Assembly (NCBI GenBank): GCA_963801605.1
Contig: CAWDFP010000006.1
Location: 1,440,001 to 1,504,000 of the forward strand
Origin: an uncultured candidate division Zixibacteria bacterium
GTDB lineage: Bacteria > Zixibacteria > MSB-5A5 > UBA10806
Length of the DNA: 64,000 nt
Direction: 5' to 3'
The position numbers and the translations under genes were made by a program. Shown piece by piece: positions 20,293 through 28,445 of this stretch; position 1 is the first letter of the stretch; each line of letters opens with the position of its first letter. A model generated the notes under the pieces. That model did not search any database, was not told the origin of the DNA, and worked only from the letters and a program-made list of their open reading frames with translations.

Positions 20293-21057
20293 TTATTTCT
20301 TAAATTTCAGTAACCAGATATCGCCGAAATAGTCATTTCCCCACAAATACTCTTTTTTCGATCTGACAAAAAGCATCATGCCGTCATCGGATGAGAAAGA
20401 CGTGAGGTAATCTGCTATGTCCTCGTCGTTCTCCGGTCGTTCAATTTTATAAATGTGATTAGTTTTCAAATCAAATATTAAGAGCCAGGTTGGTCCGGAG
20501 TTATAGACGGCGGTCAGATACCGGCCGGTATTTGAAAATCTTTCTACAAAGCAGGGGATATCGCCGTAGGTAAGTTGACGAACTGAATCGCCTTCGCTCA
20601 AATAAATTAAATGAGTTTTCTCTTTGCTTTTAGTTGGTATGGTCTCAAATGCGATTGTAGCGCTGTCGGGCGAACGCACTCCCCAGACTGTCTCCTCGCC
20701 CACAATTTGCGGCAGCTTGGAAACCTCAATCTCCCTTGTTGACGGAAATTTCGGCTTTCCCTCCAAAGTATACAGCTCGCCGTTTTTGATATTTACTCCG
20801 TATGGCTTGATGATATCTTCGGGAAAATATGCAAATGTATCGGCCAGGTCAGTCAGCAGCAGCCGTTGATAATAAACGATAGTGTCCCCGGGATCGAATG
20901 AAGGATAGATGCTCCTGCCATCATCAGTTAGCTTCTTAAGAGTCCCAATTTGCAGAACGTTTTCCGGCAAATTCTTGAATTTGATAGTTTCTTTGGACCT
21001 ATCTGAACCGCAGGCCAAAACGGCAATAATAACAAATGGGAAAAGCGCCTTTCTCAT
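20293..21057 (-). CDS. Lipoprotein with TolB/PD40-like beta-propeller segments
   Basis: Lipobox VLAC; LTDDG...YPSFDP, SPDS..IAF, RQLT, FSSDD..LFV, DIWL. Confidence 0.7.
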   Translation of the reverse strand: MRKALFPFVIIAVLACGSDRSKETIKFKNLPENVLQIGTLKKLTDDGRSIYPSFDPGDTIVYYQRLLLTDLADTFAYFPEDIIKPYGVNIKNGELYTLEGKPKFPSTREIEVSKLPQIVGEETVWGVRSPDSATIAFETIPTKSKEKTHLIYLSEGDSVRQLTYGDIPCFVERFSNTGRYLTAVYNSGPTWLLIFDLKTNHIYKIERPENDEDIADYLTSFSSDDGMMLFVRSKKEYLWGNDYFGDIWLLKFKK

Positions 21058-21065
21058 GACTGCTG

Positions 21066-21094
21066 ATTATATCCATAATCCTGGCTCTTGTCAA
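21066..21094 (-). promoter_or_regulatory. Consensus sigma70 promoter TTGACA-17-TATAAT, 8 nt before the ATG
   Basis: Minus strand: TTGACA (21094-21089) agagccaggattatgga TATAAT (21071-21066) cagcagtc ATG. Confidence 0.8.
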
Positions 21095-21239
21095 ACCCTC
21101 TAACGCTATTCGCTTGATTTTATTTGCGTTATGGCTGGTAAATTCCTATAATCCAAACACTGATGCAGGTAGTTTGGCAGAAACTTATTACCCGGTATTT
21201 TATCCCCAATGGGGAATAATATCTTAATCGGAACGTATA

Positions 21240-21521
21240 ATGGATGGAATGGATAGAAATGACAATGATCAAGGCCGAACCCAGATTCAGAAGATCCATT
21301 CCGGAATACTCGATTGGATCTTTCTGCCTTTGCCATTAGCCTTTGTGGTTATAGGGTTAGGCATCTTAACCGGGCTTATTTTTAAGGAGAATTTTCTATT
21401 ACAGGGAACCATGAAATGGATCATCGGGCTGGCCTTTATCATCTACGGCTCGATTCGCGCGGGAATGATTATCCAAAAGTATCGTCGAAAAAGGAAAGAC
21501 CTATGGATAGAAAAATCTTGA
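21240..21521 (+). CDS. Small two-TM membrane protein
   Basis: Two hydrophobic helices, G.AFIIYG.IR motif, basic C-terminus. Confidence 0.6.
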   Translation: MDGMDRNDNDQGRTQIQKIHSGILDWIFLPLPLAFVVIGLGILTGLIFKENFLLQGTMKWIIGLAFIIYGSIRAGMIIQKYRRKRKDLWIEKS

Positions 21522-21595
21522 CAACTTATTATGAACTATTATGTTTACAATCTGGTAAATTTTGGGGTCCTTTTATGTTGGGAGGTAAAGTTTTC

Positions 21596-23293
21596 TTGAA
21601 ACCACTAATAATCGCCCTTATCGCTCTGACCATACTCGCCATACCAGCTTTGGCTGGCCCTGGTGACGTCGCCTTAAAACAAGCGCAGGATTTGAAAAGC
21701 AAAGGCGATCTATCCGGTGCTCTGGTCGCGGCCAACTCCGCCTTAGCCCTTGAACCCGCCAATCCCAAAATATCGCTATTTGTGGGTGATATCTATTTCG
21801 CCCAGGCAAAATATGATAGCGCCCTGGTATATTATCAAAAAACACTCGAGAAAAAAGGCAAAGACCCTGACGCTCTTTACGGCGCGGGCATGTCGGCTTT
21901 CAATCTCAAATCGTACGATCCGGCTGTCCAGTATTTTTCCGATGGCCTGAAAACCGGAAAGAATAAACCCAAATTTTTCTACGGTATGGGCCTGGCGCTA
22001 ATGGAAAAAAAGGACTATGCCAATGCCGATATTAATTTCCGTCAGGCGATCGATAAGGATAAGAAAAACCCCGCTTACCATCTGGCGTTAGGCGAGGTTA
22101 ATTATCGCAATAAAACTTATCCGATCGCTATCTCGGAGTTTTCCAAAGCCATCGAGCTTGATTCATCGCTCTACGCCGGCCAGCCGGATATCCATTATAA
22201 ATTGGCGCAATCGCAATTTAATTTGCGAAATGTAACTCAGGCCATTCAGGAATACCAAATCGATGTCCAGCTTCATCCGGCCGATACCACTGCCTGGGTT
22301 GAGCTTTCAAGAATTTATGATGTTTCCGGCAACACCCCGCAAGCGGTTCTCTGTTATGAAAAATACCTGGCGCTCTCGCCTAATAACGGGCAATCATGGT
22401 TTGAACTGGGCAAGCTTTATCTGAAAGCTCAGGATCCGGAAAAAGCCGCTACCGCCTTCGAAAAAGCCGTGGCTCTCAAGGCTAAAGAAGCCGAATCGTA
22501 CGGTTACCTCGGCAAGATTTATTCGGACCGCAAGGAATACGAAAAAGCGTTGGATGCTTATAATCGTTTTGAGGCAGCTCTGGGCGCTCCCGATAGCGTT
22601 GAGTACTGGTTTGAAAAAGGCAAAGTCTTGATGAAAGTGGGCGAGAAAAACGCCGCTTATTTCGATAGCGCGCTGATAGCCTTCGATAAGTGCATTGCCC
22701 TCAATCCCAAGCTTCCGGCTTCCTATGAATATGCCGGTCTGACTCGTTATTATCAGAAAAATTATAGCGCCGCTATCTCGTATTTTGATCAGGAGATCGC
22801 GCTCGATTCCACCAGTATCAATACCTATCGCAACCTGGCATTTTCATATCTGAAAACCGAGCAATACAGTAATGCTGCCAAATCATTTGCCCGGGCCCTC
22901 GAACTTAAGCCCGATGATATCTTAATGCGCTCCATGCTCGGCAGAATTTACAGCTTTAATAAAGATTTTAAAAACTCCGTGGATCAATATGAATATATCC
23001 TGAACCATGAGAATCCCGATCTTAACGATTCGGTCCGCTGCGAGATTTATCCCGAGCTTGGATCAGGTTACCTGCAAATGCAGAACTGCCAAACCGCTTT
23101 GACATATCTGCTTAAGGCCGAACGATGCAAACCGAATGATTTTACGATCCTCATGAATATCGCCGCATCTTATGAACTGTGCGATAAAATTAAAGATGCG
23201 AATACATATTATAAAAAAGCGCTGGTAGTTAATCCATCCAGCAGGGAAGCCAAAAAGGGTGATATGCGGACTACTCTTGTAGGCAAGGGATAA
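21596..23293 (+). CDS. Secreted multi-TPR protein
   Basis: GGAGG then TTG at 21596 gives a signal peptide (KPLIIALIALTILAIPALA); continuous TPR repeats. Confidence 0.88.
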   Translation: MKPLIIALIALTILAIPALAGPGDVALKQAQDLKSKGDLSGALVAANSALALEPANPKISLFVGDIYFAQAKYDSALVYYQKTLEKKGKDPDALYGAGMSAFNLKSYDPAVQYFSDGLKTGKNKPKFFYGMGLALMEKKDYANADINFRQAIDKDKKNPAYHLALGEVNYRNKTYPIAISEFSKAIELDSSLYAGQPDIHYKLAQSQFNLRNVTQAIQEYQIDVQLHPADTTAWVELSRIYDVSGNTPQAVLCYEKYLALSPNNGQSWFELGKLYLKAQDPEKAATAFEKAVALKAKEAESYGYLGKIYSDRKEYEKALDAYNRFEAALGAPDSVEYWFEKGKVLMKVGEKNAAYFDSALIAFDKCIALNPKLPASYEYAGLTRYYQKNYSAAISYFDQEIALDSTSINTYRNLAFSYLKTEQYSNAAKSFARALELKPDDILMRSMLGRIYSFNKDFKNSVDQYEYILNHENPDLNDSVRCEIYPELGSGYLQMQNCQTALTYLLKAERCKPNDFTILMNIAASYELCDKIKDANTYYKKALVVNPSSREAKKGDMRTTLVGKG

Positions 23294-23303
23294 AGGAGCG
23301 TAG

Positions 23304-24005
23304 ATGGGCAATAAAGAATCCAATGGACCTGTTATACCGGAAAACGATGATATCATTAAATACCTTGGCTTTAATGTTCATCCTGGTAAGATCGAGGAAT
23401 TTTGGACTTCGACTGATGAGGAAAAAGAGTTTCGCCAGAGGGTAAAGGCCCGTGGCGGCAAGGTGGATGTATTAAATCGCGAAGCCGCCCTGCTGAACAC
23501 CAAATTAATGTCCAAAGCCGATAAAATTATTTCCTATATCGGTTCGCTGCTTCTTGTCATTGGTCTGGTTTTTCCAATCTATTCATATCAGATCGGCGAA
23601 AAGGTCATTTCCGGATCGTTTTTTTCCTATTTGGCCAATATCGGTACAATTATGGGCGGCGCGTCCGATAGCGGTTTTATCCTGATTTTGGCTTTCCTGG
23701 TTTTCACTCTTTATCTTATCGCCTGCCCGGTAGCAGGCGTAATCAATTTCCTCGGGTTGCTCAACAAGGCCGGGGGTGACGAATACCTCGAAAATGTAAA
23801 GAAAAATTCCCGTATTTTTTTCATTCCCATGGCCCTGTTCGGCCTGATGATTTTATTGCTGCTGGTTGGGTCGCCGATGCCAGGAGACTTATCTTCTCTG
23901 GGAGGTTCGTTCGGATTTGGAGCCATCTTCACGATGACTGGCGCGGGTTTCTGGCTTCTCGTAGCCGGATTGGCGATTGGATTCGCAGAGCGGCGCGGCA
24001 TTTAG
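23304..24005 (+). CDS. Membrane protein of unknown function (about 4 TM, soluble N-terminus)
   Basis: AAGGAG RBS; hydrophobic helices; lies in the TPR-exbBD-tonB operon. Confidence 0.75.
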   Translation: MGNKESNGPVIPENDDIIKYLGFNVHPGKIEEFWTSTDEEKEFRQRVKARGGKVDVLNREAALLNTKLMSKADKIISYIGSLLLVIGLVFPIYSYQIGEKVISGSFFSYLANIGTIMGGASDSGFILILAFLVFTLYLIACPVAGVINFLGLLNKAGGDEYLENVKKNSRIFFIPMALFGLMILLLLVGSPMPGDLSSLGGSFGFGAIFTMTGAGFWLLVAGLAIGFAERRGI

Positions 24006-24079
24006 TTTTTTGGTAGATTTGGCATTTGAATATTAGAAGTTTATTTGGTGAATAAATTCTAAATAAGGAGGCATTTAAG

Positions 24080-24838
24080 TTGCGTCAAGTAATTTTCACA
24101 ACAATCCTGATCATAGTGGCATTCGGTGTCGGTATCGGTATTTGGGCCGGTATTTTTAAGACCTCTCCCGATGGCTCTCTGATGCAAACTATGTACAAGG
24201 GCGGGCCGCTGGTCGTAGCCCTGATCGCTTTGCTGGTCATGTTATTCGGATTCATTATCGAGCGCGCCATTACGCTCTATCGCGTAGCAGCCGGCAAATC
24301 GTCTGTTCAGGCGTTCTTCAAAAAAGTCATCAATGCGATTCAATCCAACGATTACGAAGCCGCCATCGCCGCCTGCGACAAGCAGAAAGGCACCGTGGCT
24401 AACATTCTGCGCGCCGGTATCGAACGATACAATGCGATTAAGCAGGACAACACTATGAATCATGAGAAAAAGATCTCCGAGACCCAGCGCGCTATCGAGG
24501 AAGCCAATGCTCTCGAAGTTCCGCTTCTTGAGAGAAATCTGATTGCTCTGTCGACCATCGCTTCAATTGCCACCATGGTGGGACTATTGGGAACCACCAT
24601 CGGTATGATCCGCGCCTTTGCGGCTACCGGCAAAAAGACCGGAGGCGTCATTAACGCCGAGGCGTTGGCGACTGGTATTTCCGAGGCTCTGGTTAACACC
24701 GCTGGCGGTCTGACCAACGCTATTATCGGTATCGTGGCTTACAACTTTTTCGTAAACAAGGTAGATGCCTTCAATTACACTATCGATGAAGCATCTTACG
24801 AGGTGGTTCAACTTCTGAAAGACAAAGAAGGTAAGTAA
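24080..24838 (+). CDS. exbB: MotA/TolQ/ExbB proton channel protein
   Basis: LSTIASIATMVGLLGTTIGMIRAF, GISEALVNTAGGL. Confidence 0.93.
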   Translation: MRQVIFTTILIIVAFGVGIGIWAGIFKTSPDGSLMQTMYKGGPLVVALIALLVMLFGFIIERAITLYRVAAGKSSVQAFFKKVINAIQSNDYEAAIAACDKQKGTVANILRAGIERYNAIKQDNTMNHEKKISETQRAIEEANALEVPLLERNLIALSTIASIATMVGLLGTTIGMIRAFAATGKKTGGVINAEALATGISEALVNTAGGLTNAIIGIVAYNFFVNKVDAFNYTIDEASYEVVQLLKDKEGK

Positions 24839-25374
24839 TGTCAAAAAGGGCAAAAAGGAGAATAGGCATTGCCATCGATATGACCCCCATGGTCGATATC
24901 GCTTTCCTCCTTTTGATCTTCTACATGACTACCACCCAGTTCAAACCGCCGGAGAAGCAGCAGGTGACCCTGCCGATGTCGGAATCGCAATATAAAGTCC
25001 CGATTTCGGATATCATCAACATTACCGTCAATAAAGAAGACAGCATTTTCCTGGAATATATTACCAATTACGCAGCCATTAGAGATACCATGATCGATGG
25101 CGTTCTGCATAAAGCCGGTGACACAACTACCATCCGGCAGTATGTGGATGTCGACGCCAGAACTCTCAACCAGGAGTTCATCAGAGTTCAAAGCGAATTC
25201 CTTAGAAACCACGTGAACCCGATGGTTATCGTCAAAGCCGATAAAGAGGCGCGTTACGGTACGATCAAGAAAATCATGGATACTCTCCAGGATATTAATA
25301 TCAACCGCTTTTCTTTAATGACGGAAATCAAACGAGGCGAGGCGCCACCACCGCCTCCAGGCTCGGCGGGATAG
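24838..25374 (+). CDS. exbD: ExbD/TolR family protein
   Basis: DMTPMVDIAFLLLIFYM; VIVKADKEARYG. Confidence 0.92.
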   Translation: MSKRAKRRIGIAIDMTPMVDIAFLLLIFYMTTTQFKPPEKQQVTLPMSESQYKVPISDIINITVNKEDSIFLEYITNYAAIRDTMIDGVLHKAGDTTTIRQYVDVDARTLNQEFIRVQSEFLRNHVNPMVIVKADKEARYGTIKKIMDTLQDININRFSLMTEIKRGEAPPPPPGSAG

Positions 25375-25387
25375 GGGGTAGAATAAT

Positions 25388-25988
25388 ATGGCTGGAGTAG
25401 ATTTAGGCGGAGGAAGGCCGAAAAAGCAAGCCAAGGGCGGAGGACTTAAACGCCCCAAACATCGCATTGGCATCCGCATCGATATGACCCCGATGGTCGA
25501 TATCGCATTTTTACTGTTGATTTTCTATATGGTTACGACCATTTTTTCGGCGCCGCTCTCGATGGAAATTTCGCTTCCTCCCAAGCAGGAAAAGCCTGCT
25601 GAGGGTGTGATCGCGGCCTCGAAGCTCCTTCAAATGTTTGTCGATCAAAATAATACGATTTACTATCAGATCGGCGAAGACATGAAGCAGCCTCTTGTAA
25701 CCGATATGGCTAAGCTTGACAAAATAATCGACGATAAAAACCGGAACGTTTCTAAACTGGTTATGGTTCTAAAGGTCGACCCCAAAGCGTCTTATCAAAT
25801 GATGGTAAATATCATTGATGCTATTCAGGGCACTGAACGAAGCATTAACGCTAATCCGCAACAACTTGCGGCCCTGGGCGTAGAACCAGGTGAGAAGTTT
25901 TCGGTTAGATTCAGCCTTGCAGGATATGAGTGCCTGGGATCAGCATGTCTTGGAGGTTGTAAAAGCCGGAGGGACGGTGGAAGAATGA
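25388..25988 (+). CDS. exbD: Second ExbD/TolR family protein (one +1 frameshift near 25917 makes it appear fused to TonB)
   Basis: DMTPMVDIAFLLLIFYM. Removing one T at 25917 gives ...FSLQDMSAWDQHVLEVVKAGGTVEE* with TGA overlapping the TonB ATG (ATGA, 25985-25988). Confidence 0.85.
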
Positions 25989-26704
25989 GTACAAGATCAC
26001 TTCTATTGGATTCCTATGAGCTTAAGGCAACCTATCAGAGGAATATGGCGATCGGCTTCGGCGTTTCCGGCGCCGCTCACGTCGTTGCGATTCTGTTGGT
26101 TATCTTAATCGGCTCGCTTTCGAGCAAGCCGGTGCAAGCTCCGGAAATTGTTATTACCAGCAAGCAGAATCTGATCGCGCCACCTTCGCTTTCGCAGACT
26201 CAGGAGCAGATCAAGCTCGCGGTGCAGGAGCATATGGCCAAACCCAGTATCGTCAATCTCAAACCGGTGCCTGATGAGGAAGCGCCTGAGGAAGCTCAGG
26301 TTTTGAATCAGCAGGAATTGGCCAATCTGGCTCCCGCGACCCCGGTCGCAAACCTCGATGCCAACATCAACGTCGATGTTAACAAGGTTATGGATGAGCT
26401 TATGCCAACACCTGATGAGTTCGTACCCTTCGAGGATGCGCCGGTTCAGATTACTCAGGTACAGCCCAAGTACCCGGAGTTGGCCCAGCGCGCCAATATT
26501 CAGGGAACGGTTTGGGTTAAGGCTCTGGTGGATAAGGAAGGCAAAGTTCGCGATGTCTTGATCGCCAAGGATTCGGGCGCCAACGCCGGATTCGAAGAGG
26601 CTGCTATTGATGCTGCCAAGCAGACGATCTGGAAACCGGCCATTTCCAATGGTCAACCGATCGCTGTGTGGGTGACATACAAAGTCGAATTTAAGCTGAA
26701 ATAA
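25985..26704 (+). CDS. tonB: Energy transducer TonB
   Basis: YELK..YQR N-terminus, TM helix with S..H, Pro-rich linker, PKYPELA...QGTVWVKALVDKEGKV...WKPA..NG.P TonB-C domain. Confidence 0.88.
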   Translation: MSTRSLLLDSYELKATYQRNMAIGFGVSGAAHVVAILLVILIGSLSSKPVQAPEIVITSKQNLIAPPSLSQTQEQIKLAVQEHMAKPSIVNLKPVPDEEAPEEAQVLNQQELANLAPATPVANLDANINVDVNKVMDELMPTPDEFVPFEDAPVQITQVQPKYPELAQRANIQGTVWVKALVDKEGKVRDVLIAKDSGANAGFEEAAIDAAKQTIWKPAISNGQPIAVWVTYKVEFKLK

Positions 26705-26729
26705 CTTTTGCGAAATATCCTATTTCGAT

Positions 26730-26757
26730 GGGCGTGCCGTATGGTGCGCCCTTTTTT
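26730..26757 (+). terminator. Intrinsic terminator
   Basis: GGGCGTGCC / GGTGCGCCC stem plus T6. Confidence 0.8.
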
Positions 26758-26916
26758 ATTGATTAATGCCATCAAGTCGTACGTCGTTACGACCGTGACT
26801 CGATGGATTAGGACTGAAGGTTGAGTCGCCTGCGACCTGACTATTTTTCAATAAAATGGAATAATTCCCGCCTCCATTCGTATCCGTTGTGAAGATAAAA
26901 CAGATCGGAGGTGGAT

Positions 26917-27636
26917 ATGAACTCAAGATCACTGCTTTGTGGGGCCTACGAACTCAAACGTCCCTATCAGATTAATCTCGCAATCGCTTTTGCCATTTCA
27001 GGATTAATGCACCTGGCATTTGTTGCCGTCATTTTCGTGTTGGCATCTTACCAGCCCGAACTCCCTGGTCCAATAGACCCGCCGAGATACTCCGATGGAA
27101 TCAAAATTCTTCCGCCCGTCGTTAAAAATCCTGAACCGCCAAATCCAGGCTCAACGGATAATACAGGTATTGTCCCCAACATCGATAAATTCATACCAGT
27201 ACCCGATACGGCGATTGCGGAACCGACCGATATTCCCACTCAAAACCAGTTGGCCGCGATGGTACCATCCAATCCTGCTATCGATTTCAGCGACAACCCC
27301 ATTATTAATTCCGGCAAGGTCATCGATTCGCTGCTGGTTCCCCGCGGGACTTTCGTTCCGTTCGATGAACCCCCGGTGGCAATCAGCTCCGTAATGCCGG
27401 ATTACCCCGATCTGGCGCGCCGAACTGGTCTCGAAGGCGTAGTTTGGCTGGAGGTGCTCATTGATAAAGATGGTAGCGTGCGCGATGTGTCGGTCATCAA
27501 ATCCAATAATAAAGATATGGGTTTCGAGGATGCCGCTATGGCCGCCGCCTGGAAATCTGTTTGGAAACCGGCCATCTCCAACGGTCTTCCCATCGCAGTT
27601 CGGGTGACTTATTCGGTTGTCTTTAAGCTGAAATAG
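26917..27636 (+). CDS. tonB: TonB paralog
   Basis: Colinear with the upstream TonB (RSLL...YELK..YQ, FVPF, WKPAISNG.PIAV.VTY.V.FKLK); GGAGG RBS. Confidence 0.88.
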   Translation: MNSRSLLCGAYELKRPYQINLAIAFAISGLMHLAFVAVIFVLASYQPELPGPIDPPRYSDGIKILPPVVKNPEPPNPGSTDNTGIVPNIDKFIPVPDTAIAEPTDIPTQNQLAAMVPSNPAIDFSDNPIINSGKVIDSLLVPRGTFVPFDEPPVAISSVMPDYPDLARRTGLEGVVWLEVLIDKDGSVRDVSVIKSNNKDMGFEDAAMAAAWKSVWKPAISNGLPIAVRVTYSVVFKLK

Positions 27637-27657
27637 GAAATTAAAAATAGGTTTAAG

Positions 27658-27684
27658 ACCGGGGACTAATAAAATGTCCCCGGT
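27658..27684. terminator. Hairpin terminator between convergent genes
   Basis: ACCGGGGAC / GTCCCCGGT inverted repeat. Confidence 0.7.
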
Positions 27685-27696
27685 TTGATTTTATAG

Positions 27697-28254
27697 CTAA
27701 TGCAATTTCCTGTGTAAAATTGTCGGGCTTCCGAATGCTCCCGGATCGTCCTTCGCATCTACCCTGATAAGCCGTTGAAGATCGGCTGTCTGCGCCGTCA
27801 AAATCAGACTATTATCAACGTCCTCATGAGCAATTTTGATATAGCCGCTGTCTATCTTTTCCCGTAACCAGTCGCCATCAAATAGAGACAGGCTTAAGGA
27901 ATCGCCGCTCAACTCTGCCTTTCCAAAAATATGGGCAGGCACAAAATGTAACTGATAAAAATCGTTCTTAAATTCATCGACTGGATACGTATCCACATAA
28001 AGGATCTTATCGAGTTGCAGGAGATACGCCTCGAAACGCTTTGTATCGCCTTTCGTAGTTTGGCTCAGGTTATATGATACGCTGTCGCTGGCCAGGCTAA
28101 ACTCCCAGATCTCGGTGTTGTCATCATTAATCCAGGTGCCAATCAACCCAGGTTTTTGAATGAGATCTGAATCATTATATAACGGGTACAACGACGGTAC
28201 GCATCCCAGAGCCAGTAAAATCAATACCGATGCTATCTTCAAAATATCGCGCAT
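27697..28254 (-). CDS. Hypothetical lipoprotein
   Basis: Lipobox LALGC followed by VPSLYPLY; AAGGAGG RBS. Confidence 0.75.
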   Translation of the reverse strand: MRDILKIASVLILLALGCVPSLYPLYNDSDLIQKPGLIGTWINDDNTEIWEFSLASDSVSYNLSQTTKGDTKRFEAYLLQLDKILYVDTYPVDEFKNDFYQLHFVPAHIFGKAELSGDSLSLSLFDGDWLREKIDSGYIKIAHEDVDNSLILTAQTADLQRLIRVDAKDDPGAFGSPTILHRKLH

Positions 28255-28386
28255 TGTAACCTCCTTGTGAGGAATTCTCTTAACGGAAATAAGTAAATTA
28301 TCGCGATGAATATCAAGTCATATTTAAATAATAATGATATTTCGCCTTGTATAATTAATGCGGCTCAATGCAATTGGGATTGGTCG

Positions 28387-28419
28387 AAAATAAAACCGGG
28401 GCTGACTTGAGCCCCGGTT
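28387..28419 (-). terminator. Intrinsic terminator
   Basis: AACCGGGGCT / AGCCCCGGTT stem with a T-tract on the minus strand, just after the peptidase stop. Confidence 0.75.
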
Positions 28420-28445
28420 GGAAAGCAAATTATTTGGCTTTATCA

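Noticed and set aside
25388..26704. Apparent novel ExbD-TonB fusion protein (438 aa in the ORF track)
   Set aside because: One extra T near 25917 explains it. The corrected ExbD ends in a TGA overlapping the TonB ATG, and the downstream paralog begins at the equivalent Met.
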